Part shown: piece after piece, positions 1 to 11,010 of the stretch
Position numbering within the stretch: position 1 is the stretch's first letter
Layout: each line of letters starts with the position of its first letter
NCBI RefSeq assembly: GCF_001194135.2
Contig: NC_069009.1
Span: forward strand, 1,063,456-1,096,662
From: Octopus bimaculoides
Lineage: Eukaryota
Direction of reading: 5' to 3'
Length of the DNA stretch: 33,207 bases
Translations under genes and position numbers: made by a program
Notes under the pieces: model-generated
The model's input: the letters and a program-made list of their open reading frames with translations, nothing else
Told to the model about the DNA's origin: nothing
Database searches by the model: none

Positions 1-479
1 AATGCAACAAAAATTCATTAGGTTATAGCAGTACGTACGTTTCGTACAAACTTCATTTATTTATGTAGTAAGAACACTACATAAGATGTGCAATGAAAAT
101 GTACTCCTCAGCTGCATAATAGAAGTTCATTTTAGAAAGTCATTTTGTAAATGTGTGCAAATACAAGAGTAGGAGATGAAGAAAATACCATCTTGACTGG
201 GCTGTTAATCATCAGTCTAGTGAATCAAACATGAATTTAATTTCAATATATTCTAATTGGAGGGGTAAGATAGCAGTAATTTCAATTTAGAGGAAGGTAG
301 ATTAAGTAGTAAGAGACAGCAGGTTAGGGGTTAATCAAGCAAGAGAAAAAACTTCCATTTCTTTGTAAATTATAAGTGTCATTGTATTCAATCTCACATC
401 CTCCTACTATCTTTCCCCCTCTTTCATTTTCTTTGTAAATGATTAGAAATTCAAATGAAATAGTGAGTCACTATATTTA

Positions 480-558
480 GGATATAGTAAATCTAGAGAA
501 TGTTTTATTCGAAGCAGAAACTTGTCGTGTTAGGAACCCGAGCTAAAGAAAGTAACAG
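480..558 (+). other. Candidate non-coding 5' exon of gene A (start approximate)
   Basis: Strong donor CAG|GTAAGG at 558/559. The signal-peptide exon begins with an acceptor 15 nt before its ATG, so an upstream exon is expected. Confidence 0.3.
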
Positions 559-2060
559 GTAAGGACAATTCAATATACCTTCACATGTGGGCACCTTCCC
601 AACTCCCCCTCCTTTCGCGAGCGCGCATTTATTATTTTTATATTCGTTCAGAGCAAGTAGTTTTACACCTATTACACTATTTTCCTTTTATTTTTGTGCT
701 CGGGTCAAACGCTTTAGTTTAACCATTTTGTGAAAATAAATCATCACATCATTGCGACATCAAATCTATGAGATAATGTGTGATTAATTCAAAACCATGT
801 GAATAAATAAGTATTACATTTGACTGAGTAATCTGAATGCTAAAGGGTTAATACTTTTGCCATGGAACTTAAATGGTAAAATGTGAAATAGAGACTACCA
901 AATTAAATTAGACATCTTATTACACTTAGCCTAACAACTTTTAATTTAATGAGATTTATGTTTACTGAGTCATGATTTCATCAGACACTACGTGTAGCCA
1001 CTCCCATCTACCCGTATACAATGTGGTGTCACCACAACGTACGAGGAGTTTTAGGCGGGCAATTTAAACTGGTTGTGTGCATACGTACATATATATGTAT
1101 ACATTCAGATATGTAAATATATCGTATGTTGTATATATATATATATTTGTATTTATGTGCTTTTCTGAGTGTATTCCACTGATGAAGGCAGAGCATTTCT
1201 TATGCAGAGCCAGAAATCCGGGATCTGGAATTATCCAGCAGTTTTTTGCTTGTTCATTTTGTCTCTCTCCTGGTGCTATATGAACATTTATAGTGGTTTT
1301 AGAGTCAAGTTTTGACTGCTATTTTCAGCGTGGTGGTGTCTCTTAGATACCCTAAATTATAATTATAATAGTTATTACCTTTCATGGTTTTTATTCCCAT
1401 GCTGGCCACCTGATAAAATCGATATTTAAATATCGATCTTATCCTCATTTATATAAATTGATATATTCATTTCGTCTGACCATATCGCACGAGGAGTTTT
1501 TAGGCGGGCAATTTAAACTGGTCGTGTGCATCCATGCAATCGGAACCTTTCCCCACTTGATTAGTTTTTTTTTTTAATACGGAATCCCACGTTTTAGGCT
1601 ATGGAGATTCCGATTCTGGAAACAGATTTNNNNNNNNNNNNNNNNNNNNNNNNNNNNNNNNNNNNNNNNNNNNNNNNNNNNNNNNNNNNNNNNNNNNNNN
1701 NNNNNNNNNNNNNNNNNNNNNNNNNNNNNNNNNNNNNNNNNNNNNNNNNNNNNNNNNNNNNNNNNNNNNNNNNNNNNNNNNNNNNNNNNNNNNNNNNNNN
1801 NNNNNNNNNNNNNNNNNNNNNNNNNNNNNNNNNNNNNNNNNNNNNNNNNNNNNNNNNNNNNNNNNNNNNNNNNNNNNNNNNNNNNNNNNNNNNNNNNNNN
1901 NNNNNNNNNNNNNNNNNNNNNNNNNNNNNNNNNNNNNNNNNNNNNNNNNNNNNNNNNNNNNNNNNNNNNNNNNNNNNNNNNNNNNNNNNNNNNNNNNNNN
2001 NNNNNNNNNNNNNNNNNNNNNNNNNNNNNNNNNNNNNNNNNNNNNNNNNNNNNNNNNNAG

Positions 2061-2158
2061 TTAGGGTTATGAGTATTTTTGCCAAATTTGGTGAAAATCT
2101 GTTCAATACACTGCCACAAATTTTTCACCAAATTTGGCAAAAATACTCATAACCCTAA
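2061..2158. repeat. Perfect 37-bp inverted repeat with 24-nt spacer
   Basis: 2061-2097 is the exact reverse complement of 2122-2158. Confidence 0.9.
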
Positions 2159-2289
2159 ACCTAAACCTAAAATCCTAAAGCTAAAACCAGTACAAACGCA
2201 CGAACGATGTTATAAATAACAGTACCGCCTATAGTTGTTGTTGACAAACAACAGCAGTAATTTTATTCAAGGGAAAAGATCCTATTACA

Positions 2290-2520
2290 CCGCTAGAACG
2301 TGTTGTTTACAATCCACAGCAGTAATTGTTTTCACCTCAATAGACGTCAGTGATTGGTTGAAATTACCGAAATATGACAACTTTTAACATGAAATAACTT
2401 GGAATATGAACATTTTTCTCTGTTCTATAAGACAAAATGTACAAGTATACGAAGTTTGAAAGTGTTTCAGTAGAAAACACACTAAATAAAAAATGGTGTC
2501 CGCCAAATCAGAAAGATCCC
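2290..2520. mobile_element. Partial copy of the 19356-19939 MITE upstream of gene A
   Basis: gtcagtgattggttgaaattaccgaaat...ctgttctataa...aagtatacgaagtttgaaagt matches 19755-19880. Confidence 0.6.
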
Positions 2521-2716
2521 GTTTTTGTCCCTCTAAAGATCTTTTCTGCTTGGCTGCCAAGATTTCAAAAATTAAAGTTTATCAAAAATTTTTAAATTTG
2601 GTAAACCAATGTAAATATTAAGATCCATAAATATTGTAAGTTTCTCATATTAGTCATGCTCTGACAATTAGCTTTCATTTTTGGGGGAAATTATTTTTCA
2701 GATCATCGATGTTGAA

Positions 2717-2750
2717 ATGTTGTTCATCATTGTGCTTGCATTGTGTCTTT
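2717..2750 (+). CDS. Gene A signal-peptide exon (MLFIIVLALCL)
   Basis: Acceptor ttatttttcag ends at 2701, ATG at 2717, donor gtaagt at 2751, phase 1. Confidence 0.75.
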
Positions 2751-5700
2751 GTAAGTTTTCTTTTTCTTTTTCTTTTTCTTTTTTTTGTTTCGGGTTATTC
2801 TCGCACATCCTTAGTGGTGGATATCTGTCCGCTAGAGATAGCAGTAGTTCGTTCTAGCTCGCAAAACATAGAAAAATAAATGACAACTAGTCACTGTTAC
2901 TTCGTTAACATTTAGTTTTTGTAAAAATAATCATTTCAGGTATAATTTACATTAATTTCGTGAATAATTGTTATTTAATTATTGTGATATAAATAGTAAA
3001 TGATCCTGTTGTAAAATCTGAAAATCAAAAGCTTTCCTTTTTCATCTTTTACAGGTTTGACGGGAACACAACATTATAAAATTATCCAAAGTGGTAAATG
3101 GATTAACAAACCTTTTCTTCCTTTTAAACTAGATATTACCTTTTCAATTCTCTTTATTAATTCTTTCTCTTAACTCATAGTTTTTAGTCACTGCTTTTTT
3201 TAAAAAATGTTTTATTTCAACCAGGCAGTTCACTAGCGCAACTCAATCACTGATAGTGGCTGTGCTTTAGATAAAGCTACGGATTTGAATCTGCCCAGAG
3301 TTATCTCTCTTTGGTGTTTCCCATTGAGGAAAGCTAATGAGCTAGAAACATGCATGGGGGAATTTGCTGGGGCAGTGGATTTCAACTGGGGTTGATATGG
3401 CTGTTGCAGGTTCATATAGTATTTTGTTACTAAAGTTTATGTACAATTAATTGGTTAAAATTTTACAGTTCACAAAATATTGTAACAGTGTTTTTTGTTA
3501 TACAATTCCTAATGTTTAATTATGAAAATATAATGGAATTTTTTAAACATGTATTTTAAGCCTGAACCTCTAAGTTATAGGGATGTAAACACACCAATAC
3601 TGGCCAGCCTGAAGCTATAGTGGAACACACATCCCCAATTTTCCACACAGTGGGACTGAACTCAAAACCATTTGGTTGAGGTGCATACTTCTTACCTGAT
3701 TTCTTTATTTCAGAAAATGTTGTCCTCAATAAAAGCACCACTCTTCGGATTGTGGTGCCAAATATGCGAAGACCGGTTGCTTGGAGTTGTGGTAACTATA
3801 GATATGAATGTGACACAACATGCATTAACAGCCCTGATTTTAAAGTGACTCAGAGTGAAAACTCATCTACTGTTTGGATCCGAAAAGTTACTAAGGATTC
3901 TTTGTCTTGGACATTTTACGACTTAAACTTCAACAGTGGGAAAATTGATTTAAATATAAACGGTAATTGATTTATAATAATAATGATGATGATGATGATG
4001 ATAATTTCTTTTATTTACTATCTCGGTGTAGGACGAAGGGGACAGTACAATGACAGACTTTAAGTGTGTGGGTTACATATAATGAAATGATAAAAAATAA
4101 TTGAAAGTATGCATTGGTATACAATAAACAAAGAAGGGAAGTATACATAGTATAGAACAGTCGGAGAAAAAAAGATAAGAGTGATGTGATCCTCCTGATA
4201 CAAGAGGGCCTTTAAGGATAACTGAAGAACCCCACTGAACACCAAGGGCAAGTGCCCACTCCGATTCTTATTCTCCAACTCAAAGGTCTACACTTAAAGT
4301 AGTATCATCCTCTCTTTCTATTTTTGTAACTTTCACCCATCTTTCAATTAATAATAATGGTTTCAAATTTTGGCACAATGCCAGCAATTTCTGGGGAGGG
4401 TGGTAAGTTGATTACATCGATCCCAGTGCTCGACCAGTACTTATTTCATTGACCCCGCAAAAGGGTTTAAGGCAAAGTTGGCGTCAGCAGAAATTGAACC
4501 CAGAACGTAAACATAGCTGAAATGCAGCTAAGCATTCATTATCTTGTTTCAACATTTTGGTGATTGTTTATGTTTGAACTGACATTGTTGGGTAGGTGTG
4601 AGAGGCTGAACCTGGTCACATATGTTCAATGCCTTCATTCAAACTGTCACTGTATATAAGGTGTAATAATATCTACAAGTGTTAATTATTGTAACAAAAA
4701 TAGTAATCAACCCCCTTATCTAATCTAAAATCTGAAAATCAATATTTTTGTTTTCATCTTTTACAGGTTTAAGAAAATCAGAAACTTATGAAATTTCTCA
4801 AAATGGTAAATAGATTAACAAAACTTTTCTCCTTTTAAACTAGACACTACATTTTCAATTCTGTCTTCCATCTCTTTCTCTTAACTCATAGTTTTTAGTC
4901 ACAGATTTGTATTTTAATTTCTTTAAGTGTTTATTCCGACCAGGCAGTTCACTAGCACAACTCAATCACTAATAGTGACTGCTTTTTTTAGATAAAGTTA
5001 TGACTTTGAATATGCCCAGAATTCTCTCTCTTTTGTGTTTCCCATTGAGAAAGGCTAAAGAGCTAGAAACATACATTGGGGAATCTGCTGGAGTAATGAA
5101 TTTTAACTGGGATCCTTGACCTGAAGAAAATTCTAACTGGGCCCCACCTGCGAGGTCATGCGCTGTTTATCACCACACAACACCACACACCGCACTACAC
5201 ACCACATCGCACCACACCACACGCAAAGTTGAAACATTAAGCATTATAACAATGATTATCTTTTACTTGTACCAGTCAATAGACTGCAACCATACTGAAG
5301 AATTTTCACTCAAATGAAGCAGACTTCTTACCTGATTTCTTTATTTCAGAATATGGTGTCCTCAGCGTAAGTGGCTATCTTCGCATTGAAATACCAAACA
5401 TGAAAAGACCAGTCATTTGGAGATACCAGAATTATAAATATGAATGTGACCTGACATGCGCCAACAGCACTGAATACAGAGTGACACAAAGTAGGAATGT
5501 TTCGACTTTTTGGATCCGAAACGTAACTAACGAGCGTTTAGATTGGACATTTTGTGACGACAACCTCAACTATGGAAAATTTGATTTGAAGATGCACAGT
5601 AAGGAAATGACTTAATATTAATAATAATAATAATAATTATAATAATAATGATAATAATAATGATAATGATAATTAATAATGTCTAATATTTGTACTCTAT

Positions 5701-8490
5701 TCACTGTACTCTTTCCATTCATTATAGTAAACATCACAAATCTTACCAATGGAGACCATCACCAATTTCTTTGAATTCTGTGAAAACAATCAACCATATG
5801 TTCAATGCTCTCATTTAAACTGCCCCTCTATATAATGTATAATTCTATTTAACAAGTCTTAATTATTTAATTATTGTAACATAAACTGCAATCAATCCTG
5901 TTGATCAAATTTAAAATCTGAAAATGAAAAATTTTTCTTTCCATCTTTTACAGGTTTGACAAAAGCAGAAACTTATATTACCCAAAATGGTAAATGAATA
6001 AATACACTTTTTTCTCCTTTTAAAGTAATCATTGTCTTTCCAATTCTGTCTTCTATTTCTTTTTTTCTAACTCGTACTTTTTAGTGCCATTTTAAAAAAC
6101 TTTTTCTCTGGCTCAATTTCATTTTAAGAGCACCAACCATAAGCATCATTGTTTAATGGCCTCCTTTGATGCTGGAATGAATTGGATAATTAAACAGGAC
6201 CCGACAGGCTGCAGGACTGTGTCAAGCACTTCAACATTTGCTTTGGCATGGTTTCTATCATTGGATACCCTTCCTAATGCCAACCAATTCTACAGAGTGT
6301 ACAGGATGCATGTTTTCATTGCTCAAACACTCTTGAGGTCACCACGTAATTAGGGTTATGGCAGTCATAATAATTATGATTGTGGTTATGATGTTCATCA
6401 TTATCATCTTCATCATCACTGTTATTTAACATCCATGTTCCATGCTGGCATGAGCTGGATGTTTTGACAGGATACAAGTCCGAGGACCATGTCAGGCTCC
6501 AGTGTCTGTTTTATTATGGTTTCTACATGTCAATGCCCTTCCTTACACCATCCAATCTAGAGTGCATACTACATGATATTTTCATGAATTTCTTTTCTAA
6601 TTCTTTTCTAGATTCCACTCTGAGAATGAGACCATTAGCATATAGTAGTCCCCAAGGACAGCCAATCTTAAATTGCTCTGCTAGAGTTTGGGGGACAATG
6701 ATGTATAGGAGGATGCTAAGAACCTGTGACTAAATTCGTTGCTGTACTTATGGCCAACTCTCACCTTACTGACAGAATCCATATACATGGTGTGTACAGC
6801 CATTACAAGCCAATCGTCAACTCCTAGCTTCCTTAGAGACCACCATGTCATGTCAAAGGCTTTCTCCTGCTCAACGAATGCAAGGTGAAATGGTTTACTT
6901 CTAGTTAAATACATCTGAAGTTGTTTTACTAAGAAGATGGAAACAGTAGTCCTTCTTCTNNNNNNNNNNNNNNNNNNNNNNNNNNNNNNNNNNNNNNNNN
7001 NNNNNNNNNNNNNNNNNNNNNNNNNNNNNNNNNNNNNNNNNNNNNNNNNNNNNNNNNNNNNNNNNNNNNNNNNNNNNNNNNNNNNNNNNNNNNNNNNNNN
7101 NNNNNNNNNNNNNNNNNNNNNNNNNNNNNNNNNNNNNNNNNNNNNNNNNNNNNNNNNNNNNNNNNNNNNNNNNNNNNNNNNNNNNNNNNNNNNNNNNNNN
7201 NNNNNNNNNNNNNNNNNNNNNNNNNNNNNNNNNNNNNNNNNNNNNNNNNNNNNNNNNNNNNNNNNNNNNNNNNNNNNNNNNNNNNNNNNNNNNAAGACAG
7301 GAAGAGTGTACAATTGTACACAAAGTAAACACTGCTCCCAAGTATGGAAAAATGGGTGTTAGATTGGCAATGATGACGAAAAAAAATCTCTGAAATTTTT
7401 TCATATTGGAAACAAATCAATAATATTGATTTATCTTTCTATTTCAGTACCTGTTATGCTAGGAGGAAATGTTACTATTCGTGTTGAAGCAAGCTTGATA
7501 GAAACACCCATTTCATGGACAAACGGGCGAAATAATCTCCAATGTATGATAATTTGTGACAAGAACAACAAATATGAAATTACTCACTTTGGTAACGTCT
7601 CAATTCTTTCGATCCGAAATGTAACAGAAGAAGATTTCACTTGGCGTTTTTGTGACTTCTATTTCTGCTCTGAAAATTATACTTTATTGAGGAAAGGTAA
7701 GGAAATTACTTCTGCTAATAATAACAATAATAATTCTTTCTAATTTTGGCACAAGGTCAGTAATTTCATGTGGAAGAGGTTCCTCAGTTACATCAACTTG
7801 AGTATATTTGGCCAGTACTTGGAATACAAGTTTACTAGAAGTTTTGATGGAAGGTTTTACTTTAGATCTCTTTCAAACAGGGAAATGTGTCATATAACCA
7901 GCTGGAAACGATGTTTCCTGGGGCTAAACAACAGTAACATTCATCCCATCCAGGACAGCCACATTATGTTGGCAAATAGTCTTTACTTTAAAGAACTGTT
8001 ACTGAATATCACTCTTTGAGAGATTTAGAAATAATATTTCTATACGTTGCCTTTATTTCAATAAATTTTGAAAATAATGAAGTATTTAATGAAATGACCT
8101 TCTCATTACTAAGCTAGTGTTTGGAAGACAAGTTTACTTGAAATTTGATGGAAGGTTTAGTTTAGATCTCTTTAAAACAGGGAATTTGTACAATAGAAAC
8201 AAAGGCAGTTTTAAGTAGGATAGTATGAAAATGGTTAAACCTGGCAGATATTCTTATCTTTTATTAAAAACAAAAAGTATATATTTTATTGTTTATCTTT
8301 TGCAGATATGGAAACAAAGAACAATTTTGGAGCAAATGGATCAGAAATCAGAATCTTTGCCATAGCCATCTCTTCTATATTTGTCTTTGGAGTCATCCTT
8401 CTCACAATATTCTTTACCATATCCAAATACAGCTCTCGCAACATTTGTAAGAGATACAAAAGCCTCATTTTACAAGGCAGCATTAGTTAG
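2717..8490 (+). CDS. Gene A: spliced gene for a type I membrane glycoprotein with three non-canonical Ig-like domains (359 aa); join(2717..2750,3055..3093,3714..3962,4767..4805,5350..5598,5954..5989,7448..7696,8306..8490)
   Basis: All seven introns are GT-AG and phase 1; the joined exons total 1080 nt and read open from ATG to TAG. Product: hydrophobic leader MLFIIVLALCLCLTGT, three homologous 83-aa domains, TM IFAIAISSIFVFGVILLTIFFTI, basic stop-transfer KYSSR and 10 N-x-S/T sequons in the ectodomain. An extra exon could lie in the gap 6960-7293. Confidence 0.85.
3055..3093 (+). CDS. Gene A 39-nt exon (CLTGTQHYKIIQS)
   Basis: catcttttacag acceptor, gtaaat donor; homologous to 4767-4805 and 5954-5989. 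Confidence 0.8.
3714..3962 (+). CDS. Gene A Ig-like domain 1 exon (249 nt)
   Basis: ctttatttcag acceptor, gtaatt donor; ENVVLNKSTTLRIVVPNMRRPVAWSCGNYRYECDTTC...WTFYDLNFNSGKIDLNIN. Confidence 0.88.
4360..4535 (-). mobile_element. SINE family 1 copy
   Basis: Reverse complement similar to 17274-17480 (gattacatcgatcccagtgctcgaccagtacttatttcattgacccc). Confidence 0.7.
4767..4805 (+). CDS. Gene A 39-nt linker exon (GLRKSETYEISQN)
   Basis: catcttttacag acceptor, gtaaat donor, phase 1-1. Confidence 0.8.
5350..5598 (+). CDS. Gene A Ig-like domain 2 exon (249 nt)
   Basis: Same acceptor context as 3714, donor gtaagg; 47/83 residues identical to domain 1 by hand alignment. Confidence 0.88.
5615..5680. 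repeat. (AAT)n / (GAT)n microsatellite after the Ig exon donor
   Basis: Direct reading; similar short runs follow the donors at 3963, 7697 and 28731. Confidence 0.85.
5954..5989 (+). CDS. Gene A 36-nt linker exon (SLTKAETYITQN)
   Basis: catcttttacag acceptor, gtaaat donor, phase 1-1. Confidence 0.8.
6724..6959 (-). mobile_element. RTE-clade LINE reverse-transcriptase fragment in a gene A intron
   Basis: TTVSIFLVKQLQ...LAFVEQEKAFD...WWSLRKLGVDDWLVMAVHTMY...SKVRVG matches RT subdomains of RTE/BovB-type LINEs; truncated by the gap. Confidence 0.85.
7448..7696 (+). CDS. Gene A Ig-like domain 3 exon (249 nt, more divergent)
   Basis: ctatttcag acceptor, gtaagg donor; VPVMLGGNVTIRV...ISW...CMIIC...SILSIRNVTEEDFTWRFCD shares the motif and length of domains 1 and 2. 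Confidence 0.85.
8306..8490 (+). CDS. Gene A stalk / transmembrane / tail exon
   Basis: atcttttgcag acceptor, phase 1; DMETKNNFGANGSEIRIFAIAISSIFVFGVILLTIFFTISKYSSRNICKRYKSLILQGSIS*. A possible internal donor (gtaaga) lies at 8447. Confidence 0.8.
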
Positions 8491-9654
8491 TGATGTTTTT
8501 CATTTTTATACCTTTTTATAGACGTTTTTTTTATCAATTATCTCCATCATCATCACTGGATTAGAATCATCTGTTCCACAATTCTGCTCCATCTTACATC
8601 TTGTCTTCTAACATCTACTTTTACATGGAAAAGTAGATGTTATAATGTTGTTGATGATGATAATATCTTCCACTGAAATACTCTGTTTTCAATTAATTTT
8701 GGAGAAGAAGAATTTAGTAAAATATCTGTCTTTATGAAACTGGTATTTGGAATATAAATTAACATAAAATTTTGATGGAAAGTTTTAATTAAGAAACATG
8801 AAAAAAATTTTTTATTTAACTGTTTCTTATAAAAAATAAATTGTTCTTATGCATGGCAACTTTTGAATCACCCTGTACACACCAAATATATTGGAATTTG
8901 ATGGGAGAAAATTTTCTGCAAAAACCATGTGATTTTTGTGATTATGTATGTGTGCTTTCTCACCAATTTTTATTTTCATGTGAAATTCCAAAATAATCAC
9001 AATCTACACTCTCTGAAAGGTATTTGTTGAAATGTTCATTTTTCTCAAAGTTATGAGGAAACAATAAAATATACTGTCTATTTTTTAAAAGTATTCATGG
9101 GCCAGATCAAAATTGTATGTGCAATAATTTTTCTTTGTGTATGTGTGTATAAAATGTATGTAAATACACATTTATGCTTGAAGTATTCAAATATATTTTT
9201 TGATTTTTATAATAAAGACTCAACATGAATACATTTTGTGTTATATTTTGTTTATATTTAAAACATGCATTATTAAAATCAGATTATTTTATAAATTTTA
9301 CAGGGAAAATATTTTTCTGAGAACAAATGTCGATTTGTAACATTGCTACTATGGGAAATAATTCTTTGCTTTACAAGCTTTCACTTTACGAGTGGCTTTC
9401 GGTAGTAAATTATCTCAAATATATCAAAGAATTATTGTACATAGCATTTGAATTTGAAATAAAGAAATATATTTTTGATTTGTACAATGAAGGCACAGTT
9501 AAAATGCATGAATGCATTTCGTGTTATATTTTGTTTATATTTAAAATGTTTGTGCATTATCTAAATCAGATTCCCATTAGGAACATTTTTTTTTGGTTTC
9601 AAAAACTTGCAGGCTCAAATCTCCGATGTCCAGTTTTTGAGGCACCTTCTAAAC

Positions 9655-9840
9655 CAGTACTCTTCAACTGATATACTGCGGCACACTGGTGTGCCATGAG
9701 ATGATGCTAGGTGTGCCACAGTGTAACCTGAATATAATTTTTTTCTCTATACTTTTAATTATATTTTTAGTTCAGGTGTGCCACCAAATTTTGCAAAGAA
9801 TATAAAGGTACCATGAGTAAAAAAAAATTGCAGAGAACTG
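9655..9840. mobile_element. Degenerate hAT-like MITE
   Basis: cagtactcttcaac...gcggcacactggtgtgcc...aaaaaattgcagagaactg resembles hAT MITE ends. Confidence 0.4.
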
Positions 9841-10409
9841 ATCTGAGCATTTGGGAATTATCCTTTAGATTTTTCTTGTTCAGTGGGCAGAATCCTGCTT
9901 TAAGAACCCCATATAACCCCTGGTATCTTTCTTCATTTTTTGCAATTTTCAGAAAACTTTTGCAAATTTGTATTGTACAAATATGCAAAAAACAAAACAA
10001 ACAAAAAAATTTGTGATTTAAGGGATACTTAGCTGTTATTTTTAGTGCATCTCACAACCACCTAATACTGTCCTCATCTGTCTGTCCATCTGATGAATTG
10101 GTATTCTTTAATATCTTTCTCCCCGCAGACACATTTAATAGTCCATTACCGGGATTTAAACTGAAAATTCGGACTCTCCATATTTTAAACCATTATTTCT
10201 TTAAAGATTTGAAAAACGTTTAAAAAATCTGTTTTAAATTTGGAAAAATAATTTTTTTTTTCCAATGCCGTGTAACTTCCTATGTGTAGAATGCAAATTT
10301 GCAAACATTTTCTGAAAACTCCAAAAAATAAAAAAAGCTACGAGGAGTATATATGGGGTACTTGAAACAGAATTCGGCTGTTCAGCGTACATGTGCAACT
10401 GTATCGGTT

Positions 10410-10610
10410 TGGTCGTGATGTGAATGAATGAGGATATTTGCGTAAATAAGGGCCAAGCACTGTAAGTGGAGGGAAGTTGTGGAAGGCGGAGACTCAGGAA
10501 GACATGGGAGGAAGTATTCAAGGTCGATCACAAAACGTTAATCCTTATGAAGGGGATGATAAAGAACCGATATACGTGTCACATTGCTTTACACAAGAAG
10601 ACCAACCACC
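10410..10610 (+). mobile_element. Degenerate RTE LINE 3' end
   Basis: MNEDICV...VEGSCGRRRLRKTWEEVFKVD resembles the G-RGRPRKTW-E-V--D motif at the end of RTE ORFs. Confidence 0.65.
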
Positions 10611-10669
10611 ACAACAGAAGTGATTGCCTAAAACCAAGGTGCCACGTAAAAAGTTCTTTTAATTGTTGA

Positions 10670-11010
10670 TTGGGTCAGTTGCGAAACAAGATTCCTTACA
10701 CTGGGATCAGCCATCTGACAATAATTTTATATGTTGTCGTTGAAATAGAGAAGAAGCAAATGTTTTAGAAATATAACAGACGAGTCTTTTTCTCAGACAA
10801 AAATGTTTTATTTAACAATAATACAAAGAATAACCTGGTTACAGAGAAAAAAGTACAGAAGTAAAGAAATAACAAAGAATAACCATTCTTTAAATATTAC
10901 ATTCGGAAAGTAAATATGTGAACTTATCTTTGTGTACAACAGAATGTTCCTGAGCATATGACAGAAAAAGAGGTGAATGTTTGTGAAAGAGAGAAATATT
11001 TGTGCCATTT
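10670..11010 (+). repeat. About 330-bp segment repeated at about 31125-31420
   Basis: ggtcagttgcg...tgttttagaaatat...ttttctcaga...aaaagtaca...cattcggaaag is shared; each copy lies 0.8-1.2 kb past the stop of genes C and D. Confidence 0.8.

Noticed and set aside
1574-2152. ORFs of 170-188 aa spanning the first gap (and similar ones at 6681-7420 and 26336-26724)
   Set aside because: Length comes from N runs; only the RTE-like part at 6724-6959 is meaningful.
3233-3415. Antisense ORF in gene A intron with a similar open stretch at about 4950-5110
   Set aside because: Explained by duplication of the whole module; no splice signals or recognisable motif, and the frames diverge at the 3' end.
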